A DNA stretch of 64,000 nucleotides from an uncultured Desulfospira sp. (GTDB taxonomy: Bacteria > Desulfobacterota > Desulfobacteria > Desulfobacterales > Desulfobacteraceae). The DNA is taken from NCBI GenBank assembly GCA_963663165.1, contig OY760175.1, forward strand, positions 5,952,001 to 6,016,000, in the 5' to 3' direction. How positions within the stretch are numbered: the first letter of the stretch is position 1; each line of letters begins with the position of its first letter. Positions 51,118-60,807 of this stretch are shown here, one piece after another. The notes below the pieces were generated by a model. It saw nothing but the letters and a program-made list of their open reading frames with translations, had not been told where the DNA came from and made no database searches. The position numbers and the translations under genes were made by a program.

Positions 51118-51654
51118 GTGGCCCTTAAACCCACCATTTTTAAAGCAAAGATCACCTTGGCCGATGTGGACCGAAATGTTTACGATACCTTGAACCTTAC
51201 CCTTGCCCAGCACCCTTCTGAATCTGTTGAGCGCATGATGGCAAGAGTGATCGCATTCTGCATGAATGCCACTGAAGCCCTGACCATGACCCGAGGGCTT
51301 TCCACCGTGGAGGAGCCGGATATCTGGGAGAAAACCCTGGACGGCAGGATTGCCCTCTGGGTTGAGGTGGGAGAACCTTCCTTTGACCGGATCAAAAAGG
51401 CCGGACGGCTCTCTTCTGCGGTGCGGGTATATTCCTTTAACCTCAAGTCAGACAGCTGGTGGGAGAAAGAAGGGGAAAAGTTCCAGGGGTTAAGTGCCGA
51501 GGTCTTTAAGCTCCAATGGAAAGGCATACAGGAACTGGCTGGATTGGCCAACAGGACAATGGACCTTTCCGTTACGGTTTCAGGCGGTGTAATTTATGTT
51601 TCCGGGAATACCGGGGAGTGCGAAATTTTCTGGAAGCCCCTTAAGGCGGTTTAA
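51118..51654 (+). CDS. yaeQ: YaeQ family protein
   Basis: MALKPTIFKA...LAQHPSESVERMM...GLS..EEPDIW...WVEVGEP. Confidence 0.92.
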   Translation: MALKPTIFKAKITLADVDRNVYDTLNLTLAQHPSESVERMMARVIAFCMNATEALTMTRGLSTVEEPDIWEKTLDGRIALWVEVGEPSFDRIKKAGRLSSAVRVYSFNLKSDSWWEKEGEKFQGLSAEVFKLQWKGIQELAGLANRTMDLSVTVSGGVIYVSGNTGECEIFWKPLKAV

Positions 51655-51712
51655 CCGGGGCAAGGGTCTGGCGGATTTTATTGGCCAGCTGGTAGCTGGA
51701 AAAGAGTTTCTG

Positions 51713-51892
51713 TATAACCGTCACGGACGGCTTGGATTATCCAACCAAGAACCGTCCACAACAAAAAACGAAAGTCTTCTCAGGATGTTAGTGAGACTTT
51801 CATATAACGGCCACGGGCCGCTTTGGTTATCCAACCAAGAGCCGCCCACAACAAATATTGAAAGTCTTTTCAGGACCTTAGTGAGACTTTCA
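51713..51892. repeat. 90-bp repeat, tandem copies E and F (reverse orientation)
   Basis: Two head-to-tail 90-bp units, tataac...gtgagactttca, at 51713 and 51803. Confidence 0.9.
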
Positions 51893-52175
51893 TATAAAAA
51901 CATAATTTCTATGGTATCCATTCAGATGAAAAACATAGGCTGGCCGACATGTAGTCCTCGCCTTCAACCCCATTTGTCCGCAATTCTTTTTCCAGACCTT
52001 AGCCCCCCCCATAGTTCAAGGGCAAGCTTTAGCGTTTGTAGTCTCTATCTCCTTTCTATTGTCGGGATTGGCCCTTCTCCAATTTCCTTCGAAATTTTAT
52101 AAACTAAACAACATTCCTAACCCCTGAAATCTGTGAGATACTGGGTGGGCATTGATACCGAATAAAGGACCATGA

Positions 52176-52871
52176 ATGATTCCTTGGGAAGAAATCGACC
52201 GGGCAACGGTGCCGGGCCGGAAAAATGAATTGATTCTCCGGAGGCGGGGCGAGGAGTTTTCCATCCGCACCGGCGGAACAGAACTGATGAACAGCCGGAT
52301 GCACGGGTCAGAAGAGGCCCTGGCCAACCTGGCCTTTGAGCATATTGGGCAGAAAACGGTAGGGCAGGGATCGGGATTGCGTATCCTGGTGGGCGGCCTG
52401 GGCATGGGCTATACCCTGGCCAGGACCCTGGCACTGGCGCCTTCGGATGCAAGGATTCTGGTGGCTGAACTGATCCCGGAGGTAATTGCCTGGAACAGGT
52501 CGGTCTTCGGACACTTGGCCGGAATGCCCTTGAATGATCCCAGGGTGAAGGTGGACGCTTTGGATGTCAGGGCGGCGATCCATCGGCAGACAGACGCTTT
52601 TGACGCTATTCTCCTGGATGTAGACAACGGTCCTGCAGGGCTGACCCAGGACGTCAATAACCGCCTTTATGCCGAAAACGGACTGAAAGCCGCCTTCAGA
52701 GCCTTGACCCCGGGCGGTGTCCTCGGCATCTGGTCCGCCGGGGATGATCCCGTCTTTACCCGCCGCCTCGCCAACTGCGGATTCAAGGCAAGGGCTGTCT
52801 CGGTCAGCGCCGTTGCCCCGGGCAGGGGCGGCCGGCATGTGGTATGGATCGCCGTCAAACCGGAAGAATAG
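52176..52871 (+). CDS. Spermidine-synthase-like SAM-dependent transferase
   Basis: ELMNSRMHGSEEALA, LVGGLGMGYTL, ILLDVDNGP. Confidence 0.85.
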   Translation: MIPWEEIDRATVPGRKNELILRRRGEEFSIRTGGTELMNSRMHGSEEALANLAFEHIGQKTVGQGSGLRILVGGLGMGYTLARTLALAPSDARILVAELIPEVIAWNRSVFGHLAGMPLNDPRVKVDALDVRAAIHRQTDAFDAILLDVDNGPAGLTQDVNNRLYAENGLKAAFRALTPGGVLGIWSAGDDPVFTRRLANCGFKARAVSVSAVAPGRGGRHVVWIAVKPEE

Positions 52872-52876
52872 CCAGG

Positions 52877-52930
52877 ATGAACGACGAACGAATCGGAACC
52901 TTGAAATCAAGATCGCCTTTTAGGAAAAGG
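52877..52930 (+). pseudogene. SlyX-like N-terminal fragment
   Basis: MNDERI.. then, frameshifted, NLEIKIAF*EK. Confidence 0.5.
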
Positions 52931-53048
52931 CCTTCGGTGACGGTCTCCCTGAGTATCCGGGTGCCGGTACGGGCATAGATGCCGCCATTTCCCCTTCGCT
53001 CATGTCAAAGGCGTAGCGCAGGCGCCTTAAAACATCGTTGTTCGTCAT
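52920..53048 (-). pseudogene. DUF1456 (YehS-like) N-terminal fragment
   Basis: MTNNDVLRRLRYAFDMSEGEMA, then frameshift and truncation; start overlaps the stop of the CvfB-like gene. Confidence 0.7.
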
Positions 53049-53989
53049 GATATGAGACGGAGCCCGTCGGTTCCGAGCAGCGCAATCCGGCCCTCTTTGT
53101 ACAACTTGCCCACGGCCCGCTTGAACTCCTTCTTGCTCATGGAAAAGGCGGCCTGGATCTCTTCGGGCCGGCTTTTGTCATGGCAGGGGCTGGCGCCGCC
53201 ATTGGCAGAAAGGACCGCTATTATTTTTTCGGCCGATCCCCCCACCGAGGCATAGCCCGGCTGTTTGAGGGTCAGGTCCACCTTGCCGTCCTCCCGGATC
53301 CGCAGGACATATCCTTTGCATGTGTCGCCCACGGCCAGGTCTTCAAACGTCTCGGTTTTATAGAGCAGTCCTGTGCGGGAACGGTTGATAACGGCGGTAT
53401 AGCCGATGGGGCTGATGCTGTGGATGATGAGATCCACCTTTTGCCCTGCTGCCAGATCCCGGGCATCGGCGTCGCAGAATCCTGCCGTCAGGGTGGAGCC
53501 AAAAATCCTGTGGGAAGACTTGTCCAGGCATATCTTTACCAGATGGGTTTCCCCGGGTTCCATCCGGTCTTCCTGTTCGCTTCGGGGAACCAGCAGGTCT
53601 TTTTCAAGGCCCCAGTCCATGAAGATGCCAAAGGCCGCCGTATCCCGGACTTTCAGCCCCACGATATCCCCCACCACCCCGGCCGGGGTCAGGGTCGTGG
53701 CCACGGGCCGGTCCTCGGAATCGGTATGAACAAAGACGCGGATGATCTGCCCGACGGCAACGCCTTCCGGCACGTACTTATTGGGGAGGAGAACCCTGTC
53801 ACGGCCAAAGCTCAGATAGACCCCGTAATCCGAGAGGTTTTCAACGGGCAGATCGTGGAACTGGCCCACGACCGCCTTGGGATCCTGGGCCAGAAAGGGA
53901 TGGGATTGCCTGGACGAGGAACGTTTCTGGCCGGCTGCACGTTTTTTTTCTGCCTGTTTCCAGGGGGGAGTATATGCTGACGCTGACAT
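53045..53989 (-). CDS. CvfB-family S1 RNA-binding protein
   Basis: VLLPNKY, DSEDRPVATT, FMDWGLEKDLLVP, REDGKVDL, MSKKEFKRAVGKLYK. Confidence 0.9.
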   Translation of the reverse strand: MSASAYTPPWKQAEKKRAAGQKRSSSRQSHPFLAQDPKAVVGQFHDLPVENLSDYGVYLSFGRDRVLLPNKYVPEGVAVGQIIRVFVHTDSEDRPVATTLTPAGVVGDIVGLKVRDTAAFGIFMDWGLEKDLLVPRSEQEDRMEPGETHLVKICLDKSSHRIFGSTLTAGFCDADARDLAAGQKVDLIIHSISPIGYTAVINRSRTGLLYKTETFEDLAVGDTCKGYVLRIREDGKVDLTLKQPGYASVGGSAEKIIAVLSANGGASPCHDKSRPEEIQAAFSMSKKEFKRAVGKLYKEGRIALLGTDGLRLIS

Positions 53990-54142
53990 GGTGGTTATGG
54001 TTCTTTCTTGAAGGGTTGATGAAATGTAATACTCAATTATAGCATATTCATGTCTGCATATCCATGGCCGGCGTCACCGGATGTGCCGGTAATATTCCTG
54101 CATCACAGTTTCTGGTACCATGCCATCCCCCGCTGCCCAGGC

Positions 54143-54194
54143 ATCGGGGGACACCTTACATAATTCCTAATAATTAAATAAGATGTCCCCCGAT
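54143..54194. repeat. Hairpin at the island boundary
   Basis: atcgggggaca ... tgtcccccgat enclosing an AT-rich interior. Confidence 0.55.
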
Positions 54195-54369
54195 TTTCGG
54201 CCCTAATGTGGGGCCAGTGAATTTATAGCGGCTATGCGTTTGCTAACCCTTAATCCCTGTTTTGGGGCCTAAAAAGGGCTGATTAAGGCGGAAATAGGGG
54301 CAGAAATTAAGGCTGTTTATTGTATTTTAAATACATTAGCGTGGCCCGACCCCATTTCAATTTCATACC

Positions 54370-54507
54370 CGTGTTACTTCCGATACATCCCGCTTGCCGA
54401 ACTCTTTTTGGAATACCGCCAGGAAGTACCGGTAATTTTGAATGGTGTTTTTTTGAATTGAGCTTTTGATACGCCAGAAAATTTTTAATTGCCTGTGAAA
54501 TTTTCAT
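54370..54507 (-). pseudogene. Tyrosine integrase N-terminal fragment
   Basis: GGAGG RBS; MKISQAIKNFLAYQKLNSKK, then in a shifted frame TIQNYRYFLAVFQKEFG (integrase N-terminal-like); truncated. Confidence 0.6.
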
Positions 54508-54565
54508 GATAATACCCTCCTTCTAATGGTGCTATTGAATAACCTATTAAAAGGTGCTATTATTT

Positions 54566-54581
54566 GGTCTATTAATAGACC
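54566..54581. promoter_or_regulatory. Candidate TA operator
   Basis: Perfect 16-bp palindrome ggtctattaatagacc, 20 bp upstream of the antitoxin start. Confidence 0.6.
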
Positions 54582-54601
54582 TAAAATATAAAAGGTGGAT
54601 A

Positions 54602-54871
54602 ATGAAAGCAAAATTTTCAGAGGATATTGTTCCGATAAGCGACCTTAAAGCGAATCCCGGGAGAATTGTTCGACAGGTTCAGGAAGGTCACCGGCCAGTT
54701 GTTTTAACAAATCGTGGCCGGGGTGTCGCAGTCGTTCAATCTCTTAGTGATTTTGAGGCCGAGTCTGAGGAACGTTCCTTCATGAAAGGTGTCCTTAAAG
54801 GCATGGTTGACTTAGAAGAAGGAAGAGAGTTTAGCCTTCAAGATGTGAAAAAACGTCTTAATCTTAAATAA
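54602..54871 (+). CDS. Phd/YefM-family antitoxin
   Basis: DIVPISDLKANPGRIV...RPVVLTNRGRGVAVV; start placed at ATG 54602. Confidence 0.88.
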   Translation: MKAKFSEDIVPISDLKANPGRIVRQVQEGHRPVVLTNRGRGVAVVQSLSDFEAESEERSFMKGVLKGMVDLEEGREFSLQDVKKRLNLK

Positions 54872-54872
54872 T

Positions 54873-55172
54873 ATGCCGAAACATTTAAAAATTTCGTTTG
54901 CTCTCTCGGCTGTTACTGATCTGGAAGATGTTCTTGAATTTTACAAAGAGCAAAAAGTTCCTCATGTTGGTGAAAGACTTGTTCAAAAAATTTTTCAAGA
55001 CATAGAGATTCTTTCAGAACAACCTGACATTGGAAGAATTGTTCCCGAGTTCGATTTAACACACTTAAGGGAATTGATACGCCCGCCCTTTAGAATAGTT
55101 TATCGCAGGGATACGGACAAAATCAGAATAGTCAGGGTTTGGCGCAGTGAAAGATTATTAATTTTGCCTTAA
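54873..55172 (+). CDS. RelE/ParE-family toxin
   Basis: SAVTDLEDV, P.IGRIVPE, LRELI..PFRIVYR, IVRVW; immediately follows the antitoxin. Confidence 0.88.
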   Translation: MPKHLKISFALSAVTDLEDVLEFYKEQKVPHVGERLVQKIFQDIEILSEQPDIGRIVPEFDLTHLRELIRPPFRIVYRRDTDKIRIVRVWRSERLLILP

Positions 55173-55525
55173 AGCAATAAACCTGCATTTCTTAGCATCG
55201 ACATTGCTATCCTGAAAACACTGACGTTACAATAGCTCGAAAAAGTCTGTGCCGGGGCCATGCGTACTTGATCTGTTATTGCTGATGGGGCTGAAGCTCG
55301 GAAATGAGTTTTTTGATACCATAATTGCGGTCTGCTAAAAAAATTGAATTAGTAGGAATCGGAAACTCCAGGATACACGTAATATTGCTCGCCGGTTTGA
55401 TGATTTAAAACGTATGGAAGTACAGGGAACGTCTGAGGTCTTTATTCTCCTGAAAAATGGGCTGTCTTGGGGATAGTCCTCTCTATAAAAATAATTCTAT
55501 ATGTCATTTTTAGACCACTGGTCGA

Positions 55526-56692
55526 TCATGAGGCCATGCGCATAATAATGCACTTGAACAGATTGCCCTCACGATCATCAATGAAGTCAATATCCGGGTA
55601 CTTTTCAAGAGCACGCAGGATACCTGACCCAAAGCCACGGTAGGGTAAAATCTGATAAGCAAAAGAGGCTAAAACAGGATTGCGGGTGTTCGAATTTCCT
55701 GATTTTATATTGACCACGGTCAAATTGTTGGGAAGATGTCCCGGACTAATGATCTCGATACGATCAGAGAAAACAAACACCCGAATTGGAGCCTGAACAA
55801 AATAGTCTCGGTGAACCAGTGCATTTGTTACAAGTTCCTCCAGGACGATCTTAGGTATTTCAGGTTGCCCGGGACTGTTTATTCCCTGTTCGCCCTGAAC
55901 CTGCTTGGTATTCGAAAGAATGAAACCTACTGTTTGCTGAAAAATATCGGAGATCTTTCCCGTGATATCACGACTATCAATATAAGACTCAGTTGTTATG
56001 GATAGGCCAGGAAATGCAGCCGCTTTCACAATGTATGAGGGCAACCGGTTTGAAGGAGTCTGAGAAAACAGCAATGCTCCCGTAAGATTCAAATTGCCGT
56101 TTTCACCCAGGTTTAAATTTGTTATCAACTGCTCAAGCCCAATCTGTTGTTCATCTAAAGGCTTGTCATAGCGTTTTTGAAAGAATGCCCTAAAATATGG
56201 CATATCAAGATCCGAAACAGTTATTCCGTTAGCCGGGATAATATCGGCATGAAGCATTCCGGATGATTGAAACAGACGTTGTAATTCTTCCCTTGAAGTT
56301 GCCTTTCGTTTATCGGCTCCGTTCTTCACCCAGATGGCTCCGTTTTTATCCTGGTATGGTTTATTGATCCCTTTGGGGACATCAATAATCAGAATTCGTT
56401 TGCCGTCTATTGTCACAATTTCTGTGAGCGGATTGATAGCTGGCTTAACATTTTGGCTGGCTGCATTGGAAATCAGTTGATTTATGCGGTGCAAATCCAG
56501 TGATGAAAGCCCAACAATTTCGCCTTTTTTTTCGGCGTTTTCGTCTACGCCAACAAATATTTTACCTCCAAGTGTATTGCTGAAGGCAATTAGCTCAATG
56601 GCCAATGAATCGATATTATTTACATCCTTTTTGAACTGATTTCGGCTGTCTTCACCCTGGGCCAGGATCTGTAATATTTCTACGGTTTCCAT
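55526..56692 (-). CDS. AlbA_2 (Schlafen-like) + HATPase_c_4 domain protein
   Basis: GEDSRNQFK, AFSNTLGGKIFVGVD, ELVTNALVHRDY, DRIEIISPGHLP, RNPVLA, GSGI. Confidence 0.88.
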   Translation of the reverse strand: METVEILQILAQGEDSRNQFKKDVNNIDSLAIELIAFSNTLGGKIFVGVDENAEKKGEIVGLSSLDLHRINQLISNAASQNVKPAINPLTEIVTIDGKRILIIDVPKGINKPYQDKNGAIWVKNGADKRKATSREELQRLFQSSGMLHADIIPANGITVSDLDMPYFRAFFQKRYDKPLDEQQIGLEQLITNLNLGENGNLNLTGALLFSQTPSNRLPSYIVKAAAFPGLSITTESYIDSRDITGKISDIFQQTVGFILSNTKQVQGEQGINSPGQPEIPKIVLEELVTNALVHRDYFVQAPIRVFVFSDRIEIISPGHLPNNLTVVNIKSGNSNTRNPVLASFAYQILPYRGFGSGILRALEKYPDIDFIDDREGNLFKCIIMRMAS

Positions 56693-59331
56693 ATCTGATA
56701 AATCTCCTTACGACGATCAAAGGCTTCTTTACCGCCTTCCATGATTTTAACGATTGTCTTTTGAGTCGCATTATTATCAATGCTGCCACTGAGAATGGTT
56801 CCCTTGTTATCCATAAAGGAACAGGCATGGACCAGGTCAGCGTCTCCCAACACGGGAATATTCGGGTTGTGAGTGGCAAAAATAAACTGAACCTCTGATT
56901 TCATCCCCTGAATCAACTTAATGACGTCTTCGTAGATCGTCTGGTTATCGAGATCATCTTCTGGTTGGTCGATTATGATCACATCATTCTCTTTCTGACT
57001 GAGAACAAAAAGAATCAATGCGGAAGCTCGCTGTCCTAAAGAATGGTCCTGCAATTCTTTGCCTCGGTATAGAATCGCAAACTTATTAGGCGTTTGGAAA
57101 GTCAGCAGACTCTTCAAATTTTTCAAAAACAGATCAGTGAGCGTCTGTGGATTGCTGCCAAAATAAAGTTTTGCATTTTCAAAATCCTTGTATATGGCTA
57201 CAAAATCTACATATTGCTCTGCTATTCCCTGGTAGGTCGTTTCTCGGATACCACTTCCTTTAAACATATCCTTCATGAATGATATGAAGGCTGCCTTATC
57301 CCCTTTGTAGTCGGAAGTAATGGATATTGATGAGCTATCAGTTCCAACCTTATCCAGTTCATCCTTGATCAAATTAAATTCCTGCAACCAAAGCTCATTA
57401 AGTTTTTTCAACTCCACCAACAGTTGGTCTTGAAGCGATTTCTTCTGATCACCCTGTTTTTCCATTGCGGTAATAAGCTGGGTTGCCGTAGCTAATTTTC
57501 TTTTCAAGTTCAGAAATTCATCTGAGCTAATGTTTTGGGTTCCGCTGCTCTTCAGATCTTCGGCAAGCTTACGTTCGATCTGTGCAAATTCCTCTACCAT
57601 CCCTTTACGGATATCAGACAGCTTGGCCTGGCCGGCAACCAATAGCTGTTTTGTAGTCTTTTCATTTACCAGCCAGTTTTTAACAGATTCAATAAAAGAA
57701 ATATACGACTCATACTGCTGATAGAACTTTTGAAATAACTCATTATTGTGCTTGGACTGATAGCCACGGAAATTACGCATGTCATCTTCATGCTGTGCCA
57801 GCAAGCTTTCCAGGTCGGAAACAAAATGTGATGCAAGCTGAACCCCTTTTTGCATCAAACGCACATCGCTGTCAAAATCGAGACGTTTCTGAAGCTTTTC
57901 CTCTACACCATGCTCCTTGTAAAAATTCAGTCGATGCTGTGTATCCTGTTTAATCTGCTTTTGCTCGGCAATCTGATCCTGAACGTTATTTACCTTCAAC
58001 AGACGATCAACTGCCTCCGTAACATTTCCTTTTTGTAGCGCTATCTGGCGTCGTACCCCATCCAGCTTTGAACCAAGCAGTTTATAAACCAAATCCTTTT
58101 CAAAGCCTTCTCCGGTATTAGACAGATCCTTTTGCCCAAAGTAGATGGGCTTGCGCAATACGGTTTCACGGATCGAGACACCCGGCTGCAATTTACCGTC
58201 TATCAATACTTCGGAAAAAGGTTCCTTCCATACCCTTCGAATAGTATATAGCTGGCTGTAACGGTCAACGGCCTCAATCTCAACCTTGCCACCACTGCCA
58301 AGCGTGAAACCTACCAGTTTTTGCTTATAATCCTGATCCCCTGCTTTTTCTCCAAATGGAATTTCCAATGCATAGCGAAACACTTCCAGCACAGATGATT
58401 TCCCGCTGCCACGGATTCCGATCAGTGTGTTTAATTCCGCAGAGAAATGAAGTTGCTGATCTTTCAGCGTACCCCCTGTAAAGCGTATAGAACGAATGCG
58501 GGAATGTTTATGCTGAACCGGTTCATCAGAAACCCGGTTATCCTTATCAATCAAAGCAAATTTAACCGCATCAAATGAAAAGGCGCCCAGCTTTAAATAA
58601 CATTTTTTGCCATTTCCGATATCAGCTATGGATTTGCAATCAGATCCTTCTACTTCTGCCGGATACCAATTCCCAAGCCATCCTTTTACTTTGATTCGAC
58701 ATACTGCGTTAGGTTTGTCGTGAGTTTGAACCTTCTGAAACCCAAGAGTCCTGCGACGTACCGATTCATATCTTTTATCTTTGAAATCCCCAAGCTTTCC
58801 GCCCCCCATTTCGCTCCATAAGCCACTTCTCTGCTCTACATGGGCGAAAACCAGAAAATAATCGCGCCCCGTCTTCTCCAGTTCCTCAACCGCCTGAAGG
58901 ATGTTTTTATCACTTCTGCCATTTTCGTTCTGATACTCTAATTCGGCTTTCCCGGGAAACATGGTGGTAATGAAAGGCGATATATAATCGTTGCCGTTCT
59001 CAAGCCACTGATCACTGAAAACAATCAAGGTATGAACACCGTTTGATCCGTCATTTACGGACAACTCAACCCCCGGAAGCAAACAGATGTCTCTGTTTTT
59101 TGCTGTCTTCCTGAGTGCGTTGAATTCACCGGCATCAAACTTATTGTGGTTGGTTATTACACCAAGTCGAATCCCGGCCTTGTTCAACCCTTTTATATAA
59201 TTTGAATAATAATAGTCTTTATCCTCAGAATATTTGAATTCCTGATCCGCATTGGTGTGAAGATGAAAATCAGCCCTGAGCCAGGTAGCGCCATATATAA
59301 ATATCTCAGAAGTTTTTGAATCATTGCTCAT
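56680..59331 (-). CDS. PHP phosphoesterase + ABC/SMC-type ATPase (TrlF/Ppl-like putative defence protein)
   Basis: DFHLHT, ITNHN, GVEL, FAHV, GSD (PHP); GIRGSGKS, coiled coil, SLGQR, IIIDQPEDDLD, ATHN. Start placed at ATG 59331 behind GGAGG. Confidence 0.88.
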   Translation of the reverse strand: MSNDSKTSEIFIYGATWLRADFHLHTNADQEFKYSEDKDYYYSNYIKGLNKAGIRLGVITNHNKFDAGEFNALRKTAKNRDICLLPGVELSVNDGSNGVHTLIVFSDQWLENGNDYISPFITTMFPGKAELEYQNENGRSDKNILQAVEELEKTGRDYFLVFAHVEQRSGLWSEMGGGKLGDFKDKRYESVRRRTLGFQKVQTHDKPNAVCRIKVKGWLGNWYPAEVEGSDCKSIADIGNGKKCYLKLGAFSFDAVKFALIDKDNRVSDEPVQHKHSRIRSIRFTGGTLKDQQLHFSAELNTLIGIRGSGKSSVLEVFRYALEIPFGEKAGDQDYKQKLVGFTLGSGGKVEIEAVDRYSQLYTIRRVWKEPFSEVLIDGKLQPGVSIRETVLRKPIYFGQKDLSNTGEGFEKDLVYKLLGSKLDGVRRQIALQKGNVTEAVDRLLKVNNVQDQIAEQKQIKQDTQHRLNFYKEHGVEEKLQKRLDFDSDVRLMQKGVQLASHFVSDLESLLAQHEDDMRNFRGYQSKHNNELFQKFYQQYESYISFIESVKNWLVNEKTTKQLLVAGQAKLSDIRKGMVEEFAQIERKLAEDLKSSGTQNISSDEFLNLKRKLATATQLITAMEKQGDQKKSLQDQLLVELKKLNELWLQEFNLIKDELDKVGTDSSSISITSDYKGDKAAFISFMKDMFKGSGIRETTYQGIAEQYVDFVAIYKDFENAKLYFGSNPQTLTDLFLKNLKSLLTFQTPNKFAILYRGKELQDHSLGQRASALILFVLSQKENDVIIIDQPEDDLDNQTIYEDVIKLIQGMKSEVQFIFATHNPNIPVLGDADLVHACSFMDNKGTILSGSIDNNATQKTIVKIMEGGKEAFDRRKEIYQIWKP

Positions 59332-59510
59332 TTCTAAAACCTCCCTTTCTGTATATTCCGTGTGTTCTATTCTGTGTTTTACGGCGCCTTGTCTTTGGTA
59401 GAACCATAATCTTCTCCCTACCAATCCGCATTCAGGTACTTTTTGAGTTGTCCTGCATTGAGTACCTCGTAAACACCAAGTTCTGTTGTATTATCCAGCC
59501 GCTCCATTGT

Positions 59511-59708
59511 TTACTGTTCTTTTCTTTCCGGTTTGTCCACCGCGCCACCGGAATGAACCCATTCATCAACCTCCTCCTTTTTAAACTTCCAAAGGCGTCC
59601 GACTTTGTGGGCAGGAATAATTCTTTTAGAAAGCCACTTATAGATCGTGTCCTTCTTAACCCCCAAATACTCAGATATGTCAGCTACAGACAACCACCTG
59701 TCATCCAT
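59511..59708 (-). CDS. Excisionase-like HTH DNA-binding protein
   Basis: MDDRWLSVADISEYLGVKKDTIYKW...PAHKVGRLWKFKKEEVDEWV. Confidence 0.88.
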   Translation of the reverse strand: MDDRWLSVADISEYLGVKKDTIYKWLSKRIIPAHKVGRLWKFKKEEVDEWVHSGGAVDKPERKEQ

Positions 59709-59843
59709 TGACTTTCCTTTAAAAAATATCAATAAATCCGAATAAATCATATTTAATCATAATAATTTTTAGTAGATAGAAGATATATTAACTATAGTCA
59801 ACGAAAAATCAAAAAATCTGTATTAGCATTTTTTACTGAGGAT

Positions 59844-60585
59844 TATGTCAAAAACGAAAGCTCCAGTCGCTAAATTCAAAACCCCGGACTAATTATTAAC
59901 ATTCAACACTTTGATATTATTTGTTTTTCTGGGTTTTTGATTTGGATAATGAGCGAGCCCTATGTCTATGACCTGTCGCTATTGTCCCGAAAAGGACCGT
60001 AAGCACTGGCGTTTCTATTGTTGGGGATTGGATTCATTCCAATCCCCTTCGAATTTTACCGGTAAATATTCTCAATCCAATACATGGCCTCAGTGTCGCT
60101 GATTTTGCCCAGATACCGTTGGGTGGTAGACAGGTTGGAATGCCGAAGAATGATTTTTGACACGATTTCAATCGGAACTCCTGATCGGCTGGCATATGTG
60201 GCGGCATGTCTCCGAAGATCATGAGGTTTTACATCTATACCTATTTTCTTCCCGGCATTTTTAACGATCTCCCGGGCTCGGGTATATCCTAAAGGGAAAA
60301 CACGCTTATTATCCTGGATATTTTCAGCGGCAATGTATTCACGTAGTCGGTCCGCTACCTTTTGGGGAATAAAAACGACTTCAGATGCCCGGCCACTTTT
60401 GGGATTGGGCAAATGAAGTTTCCGATCCTGGACATCCTGGGGTTTCAACTTCAGGACTTCACCGATCGAATCAGCATTCAATTACAGAAGTATTGTTGGG
60501 GGGGGATTAAAAATTCCTGACGGGGGACTATGTCAAAAATAAAATGCAGTGACGCCCGGATTCAAAACCCCGGACTATTTATTAA
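59844..60585. repeat. Imperfect direct repeats of about 56 bp flanking the integrase fragment
   Basis: tatgtcaaaaa...attcaaaaccccggacta.ttattaa at 59844-59899 and 60529-60585. Confidence 0.75.
60056..60470 (-). pseudogene. Tyrosine integrase C-terminal fragment
   Basis: IGEVLKL, PKSG, HDLRRHAAT, LRHSNLSTTQRY; the first catalytic Arg and the N-terminal domain are absent. Confidence 0.85.
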
Positions 60586-60666
60586 TAGTCATACCCCATT
60601 CTAAGCCCTATAAAGTAAACTCGCTTATGGGGTAAATGCCGGACGGCTCCCTTTCGGTTTTGTTTT

Positions 60667-60705
60667 TTTACATCTTTTTTACAACTTGTTTACCTCCTGG
60701 TGACA
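60667..60705 (+). promoter_or_regulatory. 11-bp-periodic direct repeats (OmpR/PhoB-type box) upstream of the vWA gene
   Basis: tttaca-N5-tttaca-N5-tttacc-N5-gtgaca. Confidence 0.6.
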
Positions 60706-60807
60706 CATCCGCAGGAAGGATCGTGTAGGCTTGAGCCCAACAGATAAAAATTGCCTTTTGCTTGCAGTTTTTATGAAAATTGACTAACTCAATTAAACAG
60801 GAGAAAC

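Noticed and set aside
51713..51892. Tandem 90-bp units as a CRISPR array
   Set aside because: The units are homologous along their whole length, with no unique spacers; no cas genes are present.
51596..52102. ORFs reading through the 90-bp repeat (also 5012-5374, 19470-19751, 50557-50871)
   Set aside because: The peptide similarity is a by-product of the 90-bp repeat; there is no consistent start or RBS, and frames are open on both strands.
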